Positions 18,520-27,102 of a stretch of DNA of 64,000 nucleotides are shown here, piece after piece (position 1 is the first letter of the stretch; each line of letters begins with the position of its first letter). The stretch is from an uncultured Lachnospiraceae bacterium (lineage in GTDB: Bacteria; Bacillota; Clostridia; Lachnospirales; Lachnospiraceae), in NCBI GenBank assembly GCA_934394565.1, contig CAKRQV010000002.1:16792-80791 (forward strand), written 5' to 3'. A model generated the notes under the pieces. The model was given only the letters and a program-made list of their open reading frames with translations. It was not told the origin of the DNA and made no database searches. Made by a program: the position numbers and the translations under genes.

Positions 18520-18912
18520 ATGAAGATTCAGGAATCAGCAGAAAATTATCTTGAGACCATTCTGGTACTGCATAACCGTAAAGGGTATGTCCGTTCTACA
18601 GATATTGCCAATGAGCTTAGTTTTTCCAAACCAAGTGTCAGTGTTGCTATGAAAAATCTCCGCACAAACGACTATATCGTCATGGATGAAAATGGCTTTA
18701 TATCTCTGACAGACAAAGGCTTGAAGATTGCCTCCTCTGTCTATGAAAAGCATACCGTTCTTTCCAAATGGCTCGTATCTCTCGGTGTCGACCCGACCAC
18801 CGCTGCTGAGGATGCCTGCCGTATGGAACATGTCATCAGTCAGGAGAGTTTCAACTGTCTCAAAGATCATGCAGAGAAATGCCACTTCAACGAAGTCGGT
18901 GAGAACAAATAA
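18520..18912 (+). CDS. DtxR/MntR-family metal-dependent transcriptional regulator
   Basis: ESAENYLETILVL...VRSTDIANELSFSKPSVSVAMKNL is a winged HTH typical of the DtxR family. Confidence 0.8.
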   Translation: MKIQESAENYLETILVLHNRKGYVRSTDIANELSFSKPSVSVAMKNLRTNDYIVMDENGFISLTDKGLKIASSVYEKHTVLSKWLVSLGVDPTTAAEDACRMEHVISQESFNCLKDHAEKCHFNEVGENK

Positions 18913-18931
18913 ATCAATTTGTCCTACACAG

Positions 18932-18964
18932 AAAAATCCATCTTTCGATGGATTTTTCTTTTGC
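18932..18964. terminator. Bidirectional terminator hairpin
   Basis: The stem AAAAATCCATC-TTTC-GATGGATTTTT has flanking A-runs and T-runs and lies between convergent genes. Confidence 0.6.
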
Positions 18965-18986
18965 CTAAAAAACTCACTTCTCTGTT

Positions 18987-19802
18987 TCAGCCCACCAGCC
19001 ATTTATACTTCGCCACACTGTACAATGGCACAAACGGCAACAGAATCGGTGTCTTCTTCACATATTTCTGATACTCCGGATCAGCCCCATAATTCCGGTT
19101 CTGCCGAAGCTCCAGTCTTCTTGCACTGCCAAACATGATATAGACGATCGCTATATATCCCAGAAGCGCCGCCAGCCATTCCCAGAAACCATCCAGAATA
19201 TTCACAGCCGACCAAAAGACGCCCGTCCATACCAGCACCTCTCCCAGATAATTCGGACAACGCACCAGTCTGTAAAGCCCCGTCCGGCAAAATGTATGCG
19301 GAGCCAGAAGCTTCGCCTTCGCCTTCTGCAGATCCGCCACAGTCTCCAGGACAATCCCACACAGCATGATCACAGCACCAACCCAGGTCACACCATCCGC
19401 GCCATAGCCATTCTCCAGCCGGAAATACACCGGCGAAACCTGCAGCGCATACAAAAGCGCACAGCAAAACCAGATCCCGACCTTCGCACTCAGCTTCTTA
19501 TCCGAGCCGTCCTTGATCTCCTTCACCATCACACGCTGATACGAAGCACTGTTTCTCTCCCTGACCAGCAGATATCCCCCAAGCCGGCATCCATACACAA
19601 TCAGCAAAAGACACATCACCACCGTCGCCGGTTCCAGATCATCACGGTAGATCAAAAGCAAAACAACACCCTCCGCCGCGATCGAAAAACCATATCCCAG
19701 AGAAATAAAATACACAAACTTCTTAAACCCAATCGAACTCACCACAAGACAGACCAGAAGCAGGATATAAAAATGCACAGTAAAACTGTCCGTAAAACCC
19801 AT
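18987..19802 (-). CDS. DUF1295 / steroid-5-alpha-reductase/ICMT-like polytopic membrane protein
   Basis: It has multiple TM helices and the RCPNYLGEVLVW motif. The ATG at 19802 lies 8 nt after an AGGAGG ribosome binding site; the ORF-track start at 19808 is a TTG. Confidence 0.65.
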   Translation of the reverse strand: MGFTDSFTVHFYILLLVCLVVSSIGFKKFVYFISLGYGFSIAAEGVVLLLIYRDDLEPATVVMCLLLIVYGCRLGGYLLVRERNSASYQRVMVKEIKDGSDKKLSAKVGIWFCCALLYALQVSPVYFRLENGYGADGVTWVGAVIMLCGIVLETVADLQKAKAKLLAPHTFCRTGLYRLVRCPNYLGEVLVWTGVFWSAVNILDGFWEWLAALLGYIAIVYIMFGSARRLELRQNRNYGADPEYQKYVKKTPILLPFVPLYSVAKYKWLVG

Positions 19803-19901
19803 AGCCAATACCTCCTATACTTTATATCGTCTACCTATACATCATACACCCTTTTCCATCTTATGCCAACACAAAAAATCTATGACTACTGCCATTAAAC
19901 A

Positions 19902-20173
19902 GATGAGAGCCGCCAGGCTGTCCCTGCCTGTGTATCCGGGCAAAACCGTAAAGCGAGGGCGAGCAGCTTCTTAGCTCCTGCGGTATCAAAAAAGCAGGAC
20001 AGATGGCGTCTCCCAGACGACATCTGAGGGTGGTCTGAGCATCGTTTTCATCAGAAAACGGTGCGAATCCACCCGATGCCTGATTTTTTGGTAACGCAGG
20101 AGCTTAGAAGCTGCCGCCTAGGCGTCCGGTTTTGCCCGGATACACAGGCAGGGACAGCCTGGCGGCTCTCATC
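19902..20173. repeat. 272-bp palindromic element (MITE-like) with perfect 47-bp terminal inverted repeats
   Basis: The left arm is GATGAGAGCCGCCAGGCTGTCCCTGCCTGTGTATCCGGGCAAAACCG and the right arm is its exact reverse complement. A second, imperfect inner arm pair of about 31 bp follows (GCAGCTTCT.AGCTCCTGCG....CAAAAAA). The central region of about 90 nt contains two sub-hairpins. Confidence 0.85.
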
Positions 20174-20228
20174 GTCCGTCCTCCAATCAAAGAAACCTCC
20201 ACCGGAGCTTTCTTTGATATGCTAAGGC

Positions 20229-20266
20229 AACAAAAGAAACGGACAGCCATAAGCCATCCGTTTCCC
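20229..20266 (-). terminator. Rho-independent terminator of the ABC transporter operon
   Basis: The stem GAAACGGA...TCCGTTTC is followed by TTTTGTTG on the minus strand, just after the stop of the last ATPase gene. Confidence 0.55.
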
Positions 20267-20284
20267 CAAAATCCATTATACAAT

Positions 20285-21235
20285 TCAGGCTTTCAAACAA
20301 GCCACCATATGCCCGTTTCCAACATCCTTCAGCGGAATATCCCCCTTCGAACATTCCTCCGTAGCATACGGACATCTCGCCGCAAACCGGCATCCCGGCG
20401 CCGGATTGACCGGACTCATAACCTCACCCCGCATCAGCTCATGCAACTTACCGCGGGAGGTTGCACTCGGTACCGGAATCGCCGCCAGAAGACCCTGCGT
20501 ATATGGATGCAGCGGTCTTGCAAAAATCTCATCATAGGACGCCTTCTCCACACAGCATCCCATATACATAACCATGATCTCATCGGAAATATGTTTTACA
20601 ACCGACAGATCATGTGTAATAAACAGATACGACAGATTCATCTGCTCCTGCAGATCCATCAGCAGATTCAGAATCTGTGCCTGGATCGAAACATCCAGAG
20701 CAGACACCGGCTCGTCACATACCACCAGCTTCGGCTCCAGAATCAAAGCCCTGGCCACACCGATACGCTGACGACGGCCACCATCCAGCTCATGCGGATA
20801 CGCATCCGCCAGACGCTGTGCCAGACCTACCGTTTCCATCATCTTATCTACACGTTCCCACATCTCCTGCTTTGACTTGCAGACACGATTGACGATCAGC
20901 GGCTCCGCGATCAGCTGACGTACCGTCATACGGCCATTCAGACTGGAAAACGGATCCTGAAAGATCATCTGCATCTTTGGCTGTACGGCCTTGAACTCAT
21001 GCTTGCCCATCGTCGTCAGCTCCTTGCCATCAAAGACAACAGAACCAGACGTCGGCTTATTCAGCATTAAAAGTGTACGGCCCAGTGTAGACTTACCACA
21101 GCCCGACTCACCGACAATCCCCAGCGTCTTTCCCTTTTCCAGTGTCAGGGATACCCCATCCACCGCATGCAGCTCACCGGCAGCCACGTTAAAATATTTT
21201 TTCAGATCTTTTACTTCCAGAAGCTTCTCACTCAT
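20285..21235 (-). CDS. Peptide/nickel-type ABC transporter ATP-binding protein (OppF/DppF-like)
   Basis: Walker A is GESGCGKST, the signature is ELDGGRRQR-type, and Walker B is LVVCDEPVSALD. The C-terminus has the oligopeptide-transporter domain. Confidence 0.9.
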   Translation of the reverse strand: MSEKLLEVKDLKKYFNVAAGELHAVDGVSLTLEKGKTLGIVGESGCGKSTLGRTLLMLNKPTSGSVVFDGKELTTMGKHEFKAVQPKMQMIFQDPFSSLNGRMTVRQLIAEPLIVNRVCKSKQEMWERVDKMMETVGLAQRLADAYPHELDGGRRQRIGVARALILEPKLVVCDEPVSALDVSIQAQILNLLMDLQEQMNLSYLFITHDLSVVKHISDEIMVMYMGCCVEKASYDEIFARPLHPYTQGLLAAIPVPSATSRGKLHELMRGEVMSPVNPAPGCRFAARCPYATEECSKGDIPLKDVGNGHMVACLKA

Positions 21236-22230
21236 GCCTGCACCTCACTTTCTGCTGTTCCCGGTTTGAAACGGTGACAGCGAATACAGTGTCCGTTCTT
21301 CTCATATACCTGCGGTTTTTCCTCACAGCAGGCTTCATGGTACGGACAGCGTGGCGCAAAGGCACACCCCTTCGGCAGATTGGTCGGATCCGGTACCATG
21401 CCCTCGATCGGATGCAGACGTTTCTCATCGTCTGTCAGACTCGGGATGGAGGCGAACAATCCCTGGGTATACGGATGGTGATTCTTTGTCTTATCAAACA
21501 GATCCTCCACCGTACCGTATTCCACAATCTCGCCGGCATAAACAACGCCAACCTTATCACTTGTCTCAGCAATAACGCCAAGATCATGTGTGATCATGAT
21601 CACAGAAGTTCCGTATTTTCTCTGCAGCTCACAGATCATTGTCAGGATCTGTGCCTGGATCGTTACATCCAGCGCCGTTGTCGGCTCGTCTGCGATCAGA
21701 AGTTCCGGATGGCAGATCAGTGCCATGGCGATCACGACACGCTGCTTCATGCCACCGGAAAACTGATACGGATACTCATTTTTACGGGTTTTCGGGATAC
21801 CGACAAGCTCCAGTGTTTTTTCTACTTCTTTATCCAGCTCATCTTTGGACAGATTTTCCGTATTATGCAGATACAGTGCCTCACGGATCTGGTCTCCGAC
21901 ACGTACGACCGGATTTAAGGCCGTCATCGGATCCTGAAAGATCATGGCGATCTTCTGTCCACGGACTTTTTCCATCTGTTTATCATTTAACTGTAACAGA
22001 TCCTGTCCTTCATACTCCACTTTACCACCTGTCACATGACCTGTACGCTCCGGCAAAAGCCCGAGGATTGCCATAGCTGTGGTTGTTTTTCCTGCACCTG
22101 TCTCACCGACCAGACCGATTGTCTCGCCCTTGCCAACGGAGAAGCTGAGTCCATTGACCGCATGTACTGTCTCCGCATCTGTGCGGTATTCTACCTGCAG
22201 ATTTTCTACATTTAATAATGTTTCACCCAT
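21232..22230 (-). CDS. Peptide/nickel-type ABC transporter ATP-binding protein (OppD/DppD-like)
   Basis: Motifs are [17 protein letters not shown] and [12 protein letters not shown]. It overlaps the downstream ATPase gene by 4 nt. Confidence 0.9.
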   Translation of the reverse strand: MGETLLNVENLQVEYRTDAETVHAVNGLSFSVGKGETIGLVGETGAGKTTTAMAILGLLPERTGHVTGGKVEYEGQDLLQLNDKQMEKVRGQKIAMIFQDPMTALNPVVRVGDQIREALYLHNTENLSKDELDKEVEKTLELVGIPKTRKNEYPYQFSGGMKQRVVIAMALICHPELLIADEPTTALDVTIQAQILTMICELQRKYGTSVIMITHDLGVIAETSDKVGVVYAGEIVEYGTVEDLFDKTKNHHPYTQGLFASIPSLTDDEKRLHPIEGMVPDPTNLPKGCAFAPRCPYHEACCEEKPQVYEKNGHCIRCHRFKPGTAESEVQA

Positions 22231-22243
22231 CGTCTCTCTCCTT

Positions 22244-23113
22244 TTAATCCTTCAGCTTCGGATCCAGTGCATCCGTCAGACCATCACCCACAAGGTTAAA
22301 GCTCAGGGCTGAAAGGATGATAAAGATACCGGGGAACAGTAACATATACGGTGCCGTAAACATATAGGCTTCCGCTTCGGATAACAGCGCACCCCATTCC
22401 GGTGATGGTGGCTGGATACCCATACCGATAAAGCTTAAACCTGCAGCGGAAAGGATCATACCGGCAATACTCATCGTTGTATTGACGATGATCGGTCCCA
22501 TCGCATTCGGCAGCACATAGCGGAAAATAATACGGGCTTTTGACGTACCATAGGAACGGGCCGCTTCAATATAGTCCTCTTCCGCTACCGTCATAACGAC
22601 CGAACGTACCAGACGGACATTACCCGGAATACAGGATACCGTAATGGCAATGATCAGGTTCCTGAGGTTTGCACCCAGGGCTGCCACAACAGCCAGGGAC
22701 AGTAAGATCGGAGGTACGCATAAGAATACATCCGTAATACGGCAGATGATATTATCGACAACACCGCCAAAATATCCGGCACTTGCACCAAGTACAGCGC
22801 CGACGATCAGGGCGATCAAACTCGTTGCCACACCAATGAAGAGAGAATATCTCGCACCATGGATGACACGGGCAAACAGATCACGTCCATACTCGTCTGT
22901 CCCGAACCAGTGGGCAGCACTCGGAGCTAACAGTCTCTCAGAACCAGACTGTGCGATTACCTTTTCATAGGGAACGATCAGATCCGCACAGACAGCCAGC
23001 AAAACGATCACCGTCAGGATGATCAGACCGATAACAGCGGCTTTATTCTTGCAGAAGCGACGCCAGATTTCTTTTCTCATATGTCCTTTTCTTGTTTTAT
23101 CCACGACGTCCAC
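22244..23113 (-). CDS. Peptide ABC transporter permease (OppC/DppC-like)
   Basis: It is polytopic and carries the BPD_transp_1 EAA-type loop (EEDYIEAARSYGTSKARII). The start codon is uncertain: GTG at 23113 or 23104, or ATG at 23080. Confidence 0.8.
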   Translation of the reverse strand: MDVVDKTRKGHMRKEIWRRFCKNKAAVIGLIILTVIVLLAVCADLIVPYEKVIAQSGSERLLAPSAAHWFGTDEYGRDLFARVIHGARYSLFIGVATSLIALIVGAVLGASAGYFGGVVDNIICRITDVFLCVPPILLSLAVVAALGANLRNLIIAITVSCIPGNVRLVRSVVMTVAEEDYIEAARSYGTSKARIIFRYVLPNAMGPIIVNTTMSIAGMILSAAGLSFIGMGIQPPSPEWGALLSEAEAYMFTAPYMLLFPGIFIILSALSFNLVGDGLTDALDPKLKD

Positions 23114-24047
23114 CTCCGTTCTTATATTTCGCCATGATTCTCGGATCGATAAAGGCGTACAGAATATCTACCAGCAGAATGATCAGGCTGAACAAAAATG
23201 CCAGAAACAGCGTAGATCCCATAACGACCGGGATATCTTTCTGACGGATCGCTGTTGTGATCAGCATGCCCATTCCCGGCATGGCGAAAACAGTCTCCGC
23301 AATGATCGCACCGCCAAGGGAGGCGCCAAAGTTTGTACCCAGTGTTGTAACAACCGGCAGCATGGCATTTCTCATCGCATGTTTCCAGATGATACGTCTT
23401 TCAGAAGCACCTTTGGCTTTTGCCGTCTTGATATACTCCTGTCGGATTGTCTCCAGCATGGCAGAACGGGTCAGTCGCAGGATACTTGCCGCTGATCCCG
23501 CCGCCACCGTGATGGTTGGCAGAATAAAGTGGATCAGGTCATCCGCGCCAAAGGATGGCAGGATGCGCAGCTGCAGGGCAAACCCCATGATCAGCATCAG
23601 TCCCAGCCAGAAGCCCGGGATGGAAGCAAATACAAGGGCTGTGATCACACAGAAGTGATCCAGTACGGAATATTTGCGGACAGCGGAGATAACGCCCAGC
23701 GTAATACCGATAATTGCAGATACTGTCATGGACAGAATCGTCAGTAACAGTGTATTCGGGAATCTGGCCGCAATATCTGTAATCACCGGTTCACGGGACT
23801 GATAGGAAGTCCCAAGATCCAGATGACAGACAATACCACGGATATAATCAAAAAAGCGGAGCAGGAATGGCTGGTCATAGCCGAATTCATGATTTAATGC
23901 TGCGATATCATCCGGAGATGCTGTCACGCCCAGAATGATCGTACCCGGATCGCCAGGTGTCAGTGACAGGATAGCAAAAACTAAAAATGCTACACCAAAA
24001 AGCACCAGGATCATATATAACAGACGTTTTCCTATATATTTGCCCAT
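23097..24047 (-). CDS. Peptide ABC transporter permease (OppB/DppB-like)
   Basis: The N-terminus is MGKYIGKRLLYMILVLFGV... and the EAA loop is QEYIKTAKAKGASERRIIWKHAMRNA. Confidence 0.9.
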   Translation of the reverse strand: MGKYIGKRLLYMILVLFGVAFLVFAILSLTPGDPGTIILGVTASPDDIAALNHEFGYDQPFLLRFFDYIRGIVCHLDLGTSYQSREPVITDIAARFPNTLLLTILSMTVSAIIGITLGVISAVRKYSVLDHFCVITALVFASIPGFWLGLMLIMGFALQLRILPSFGADDLIHFILPTITVAAGSAASILRLTRSAMLETIRQEYIKTAKAKGASERRIIWKHAMRNAMLPVVTTLGTNFGASLGGAIIAETVFAMPGMGMLITTAIRQKDIPVVMGSTLFLAFLFSLIILLVDILYAFIDPRIMAKYKNGGGRRG

Positions 24048-24049
24048 CT

Positions 24050-25600
24050 TTAGTTGCCTCCTTTCTGACTATCCCAGGAGAAGTCATAAATATAATAGAA
24101 TCCTTCATAACCGATCTGGCTGCAATTCAGCTCCCGGTTATGGGCAAACAGCTGATACGGGTTACAGATCGCACCGTAAACGGCCAGCTCCTGTACCTTG
24201 GAAAAGATCTCATTATACAGTTCTTTTCTTTCCTCCTGATCATTACTCTCTCCGGATTTTTTAAAAAGCTCATCAATCTCCGGATCAGAGAAACGGGCAT
24301 TGTTCGCCATACCGATATAATCGGTAGTCAGAGCCAGGGCCATCTGCTGGGTATCGCCCTCCAGCGTCATATTCAGAGCCGTGATACCGTAGTTGCCCTG
24401 CGTCAGGTCACTGATATAGGCATTAAATTCCTTAACCTCAATCTTGACTTCCAGACCGACTTCATGCAACTGACTCTGTACAACAGTGGCGATATTGGAA
24501 TACCGTTCCGGCACAAGCATGGATCCCAGATCGTACGGTGTCGTAATGCCGGCCTCTTTCAGTAGCTCTTTGGCCTTTTCCGGATCATAATCGTATTTTT
24601 TCTGCTCCTCGGTATAACCAAGACGCTCCTTTGAACACAGGTTGGAGTTGACTTCTGCCTCCCCATCGTAACAGATATCCGTGATGGTCTGACGGTCGAG
24701 TGCATAGTTGATGGCCTGGCGCACCAGCTGGTTGTCGTATGGTGCTTTTTCCAGATTCATGGATACATATGTAAAACTGGAACTCTGGATACGCTCGATA
24801 TCTATACGGTCATTACCTTTCAGGGCAAGGATACTTGAAGAGTCGATCACACCAAAGTTTACCTCACCGGTCTGCAGAGCAATTGCCTTTGTCGTAGCGT
24901 CCGGAATGATTTTGAACGTTACATGCTTGATAGCTGCTTCGCCACGGTAATACTTCCCATAAGCATCCAGGATGATTTTGCTTCCCTTTTCCCTGCTGAC
25001 AAAACAGTACGGACCACTGCCCATCGGCTGGCTTGCAAAGGTATCCGGAGAAGTTTCATAATAATTTTTGGAAGCGATATGTACACGGCTCACGCCCAGT
25101 AAAAACGGGGAATATGGATGCTGCATATGACAGATTACGGTATAGTCGTCAGTGCTTTCTGCAGAATCCAGGCCGTCTACATAGCCGTTCTGGTAATTGG
25201 AATTCTGGTAGAGTTCCAGAGAAAATACAACGTCCTGTGCGGTCACCGGTGTGCCGTCATGGAAGGTCGCATCTTTTCTCAGATGGAAGGTATAGGTCAT
25301 ACCATCGTCAGATACATCCCAGGTCTCAGCCAGACGGGGTTCAGGATCTTTGCTTCCGCTCATATCCATATAGAGCAGCGTATCATAAACCTGATCCAGG
25401 ATCTGGGACTCAATATTTGTAGAATAATCGGAAGGGTGCAAGGAATCGACATCCGCAGCCAGAGCTACGGTAAGGCTCTCTTCTTTTTCGGCTTTTTCGA
25501 TGTAGTTTTCACCACAGCCGGTAAATAAAAGCATCAGTGCAGCAGTAAAAAGGAGGTACAAAAGCAGCTCCTTGCCGCCTTTTGTTTTTTTCTCGTTCAT
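24050..25600 (-). CDS. Family-5 (peptide/nickel/opine-type) ABC substrate-binding lipoprotein
   Basis: It has a lipobox (LLFTGCG), is 516 aa, and has typical SBP_bac_5 composition. Confidence 0.85.
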   Translation of the reverse strand: MNEKKTKGGKELLLYLLFTAALMLLFTGCGENYIEKAEKEESLTVALAADVDSLHPSDYSTNIESQILDQVYDTLLYMDMSGSKDPEPRLAETWDVSDDGMTYTFHLRKDATFHDGTPVTAQDVVFSLELYQNSNYQNGYVDGLDSAESTDDYTVICHMQHPYSPFLLGVSRVHIASKNYYETSPDTFASQPMGSGPYCFVSREKGSKIILDAYGKYYRGEAAIKHVTFKIIPDATTKAIALQTGEVNFGVIDSSSILALKGNDRIDIERIQSSSFTYVSMNLEKAPYDNQLVRQAINYALDRQTITDICYDGEAEVNSNLCSKERLGYTEEQKKYDYDPEKAKELLKEAGITTPYDLGSMLVPERYSNIATVVQSQLHEVGLEVKIEVKEFNAYISDLTQGNYGITALNMTLEGDTQQMALALTTDYIGMANNARFSDPEIDELFKKSGESNDQEERKELYNEIFSKVQELAVYGAICNPYQLFAHNRELNCSQIGYEGFYYIYDFSWDSQKGGN

Positions 25601-25670
25601 CAGCTTTTCTCCTGTGTCTGCAGCAGATATCTTTCATAGGATTTCCATGACATTTTTTCAAAATTCCAGA

Positions 25671-25686
25671 CGAAAGATATCTTTCG
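25671..25686. promoter_or_regulatory. Perfect 16-bp palindrome CGAAAGATATCTTTCG in the M42/SBP intercistronic gap
   Basis: The palindrome was read directly from the sequence. A half-site copy, AGATATCTTTC, recurs at 25625-25635. Confidence 0.3.
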
Positions 25687-25741
25687 CAGTATTCTTTTTT
25701 CAGCCGGCAGTCTCACTTTCCTGTCGGACAGACAGCTCTTA

Positions 25742-26764
25742 TTAATAGGTAAATTCGTATGCGGCAAATGCTGCGCACAGACGTACACCTGCTTCGATAT
25801 CACGAAGAGAGGCCACACAGCTCTGGCAGTGCGGATAACGGGTAGATACAACCACACCACCGGCACGTACACCGTAATGGGATACATTCATACTTGAAGC
25901 ATCCGTGCCCCCCTGGTCAATGACTTCACGCTGGTACGGGATATCCTGTTTTTCACAACAGTCGATCATCGCTGCTACCACATGACGGTCACAGATAACC
26001 GAAGGATCACAGATTTTGATACCTATCCCGGCATTGACTGTATTGCTGCCTTCAAGATCACATGGATAATCATGGGCCGGTGTGATATCTACAGCTACAC
26101 CGATATCCGGTTTGATGGCTGCAGCTGACGGTTTGGAACCACGGCACCCCAGCTCTTCCTGTACTGTAAATACATAGTAGATATCGTTCGGACCTTTGCC
26201 GTCATTTTCCTTCAGTGCTTCGATCAGCTGGAAGCAGCCGATACGATTGTCCAAGGACTTGGAGCATACAAGATCATTCTGCATATGCAGGTACTCACCG
26301 ATATAACCGATCGGATCGCCGAGTTTTACATATTTTTCTGCATCTGCCTTATCCTTGGCTCCGATATCTACAAACAGCTTGCCTGCTTTGTTGTTGGCCT
26401 CCTCGATCGGACCGTTGCAGCCGACAACACCTGTCATACCATTGGCAAACTGTACTCTGCCATTATAGGCAGAACCCGTCCAGTTCCATCCCAGGTTGCA
26501 GACCTGTAAAGTACCGTCCGGCTGGATCTTTTTAACCATAAAACCGATCTCATCCATATGAGCCGCAAACATGATTCTCTTTTTATGCGGACTGTCCACA
26601 CCCTTTTTCAGGACGATCAGGTTACCCATGGCATCTTCTGTGATCTCATCGGCATATGGTGTGACCTCACGACGGATGATTTCACGGACATTATCCTCAA
26701 ATCCTGCAACACCAAAAGCCTGTGTCAGCTCTTTTAATAAGGCTTCGTTTCTTACTGGTTCCAT
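25742..26764 (-). CDS. M42-family metallo-aminopeptidase (FrvX/CelM-like)
   Basis: The N-terminus is MEPVRNEALLKELTQAFGVAGFE, with AHMDEIGF and VQEELGCRG motifs. The ATG at 26764 follows a GGGAGGAA ribosome binding site. Confidence 0.85.
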   Translation of the reverse strand: MEPVRNEALLKELTQAFGVAGFEDNVREIIRREVTPYADEITEDAMGNLIVLKKGVDSPHKKRIMFAAHMDEIGFMVKKIQPDGTLQVCNLGWNWTGSAYNGRVQFANGMTGVVGCNGPIEEANNKAGKLFVDIGAKDKADAEKYVKLGDPIGYIGEYLHMQNDLVCSKSLDNRIGCFQLIEALKENDGKGPNDIYYVFTVQEELGCRGSKPSAAAIKPDIGVAVDITPAHDYPCDLEGSNTVNAGIGIKICDPSVICDRHVVAAMIDCCEKQDIPYQREVIDQGGTDASSMNVSHYGVRAGGVVVSTRYPHCQSCVASLRDIEAGVRLCAAFAAYEFTY

Positions 26765-26814
26765 AACATTTCCTCCCACTGCGACATCTGTGTTTTTGTA
26801 CAGCTGCCATATGT

Positions 26815-27102
26815 TTATTTTTCCTTCGGTTCCGGTTTGACCGGTACGAATTTGGTTCTGTTCATTACCGGATGCTGGATACGGAGTGCGCCCTTTTTCG
26901 GACAGACCATCACGCATGCACCACAATAATAACACTCTCCCGGATACATGACGATCGGGTGTTTGCCTTTTTCCGGATTTGGCAACAGAATATCACACTG
27001 GCAGATCTCTGCGCAGGCATTACAGCCGATGCATTTCTCTTCATCATAAATCAGCGGTGTGGCACTGCAGGGAATGACTTCAGCGGTCAATTTATTCATC
27101 AT
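26815..27102 (-). CDS. 2x[4Fe-4S] ferredoxin-domain protein (AprB N-domain-like)
   Basis: It has two CxxCxxCxxxC(P) motifs: CIGCNACAEICQC and CYYCGACVMVCP. It overlaps the stop of the upstream flavoprotein gene. Confidence 0.8.
   Translation of the reverse strand: MMNKLTAEVIPCSATPLIYDEEKCIGCNACAEICQCDILLPNPEKGKHPIVMYPGECYYCGACVMVCPKKGALRIQHPVMNRTKFVPVKPEPKEK

Noticed and set aside
19902-20173. I considered whether the 272-bp palindrome is a 6S RNA, a tRNA-like or tmRNA-like gene (it contains GGTGCGAATCCACCC, reminiscent of a T-arm), or a retron msr/msd.
   Set aside because: 6S RNA has irregular helices with a large central bubble, not a perfect 47-bp stem. I could not draw a cloverleaf or an acceptor stem. 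No reverse transcriptase gene is nearby.
25742-26935. Longer versions of several ORFs: M42 peptidase to 26935, RpiR to 40497, glpK to 53208, ackA to 8008, aroK to 18354, scpA to 62214, and scpB to 61430.
   Set aside because: In each case an internal ATG preceded by a GGAGG-like ribosome binding site matches the canonical N-terminus of the family. The upstream extension has no homology-like features.
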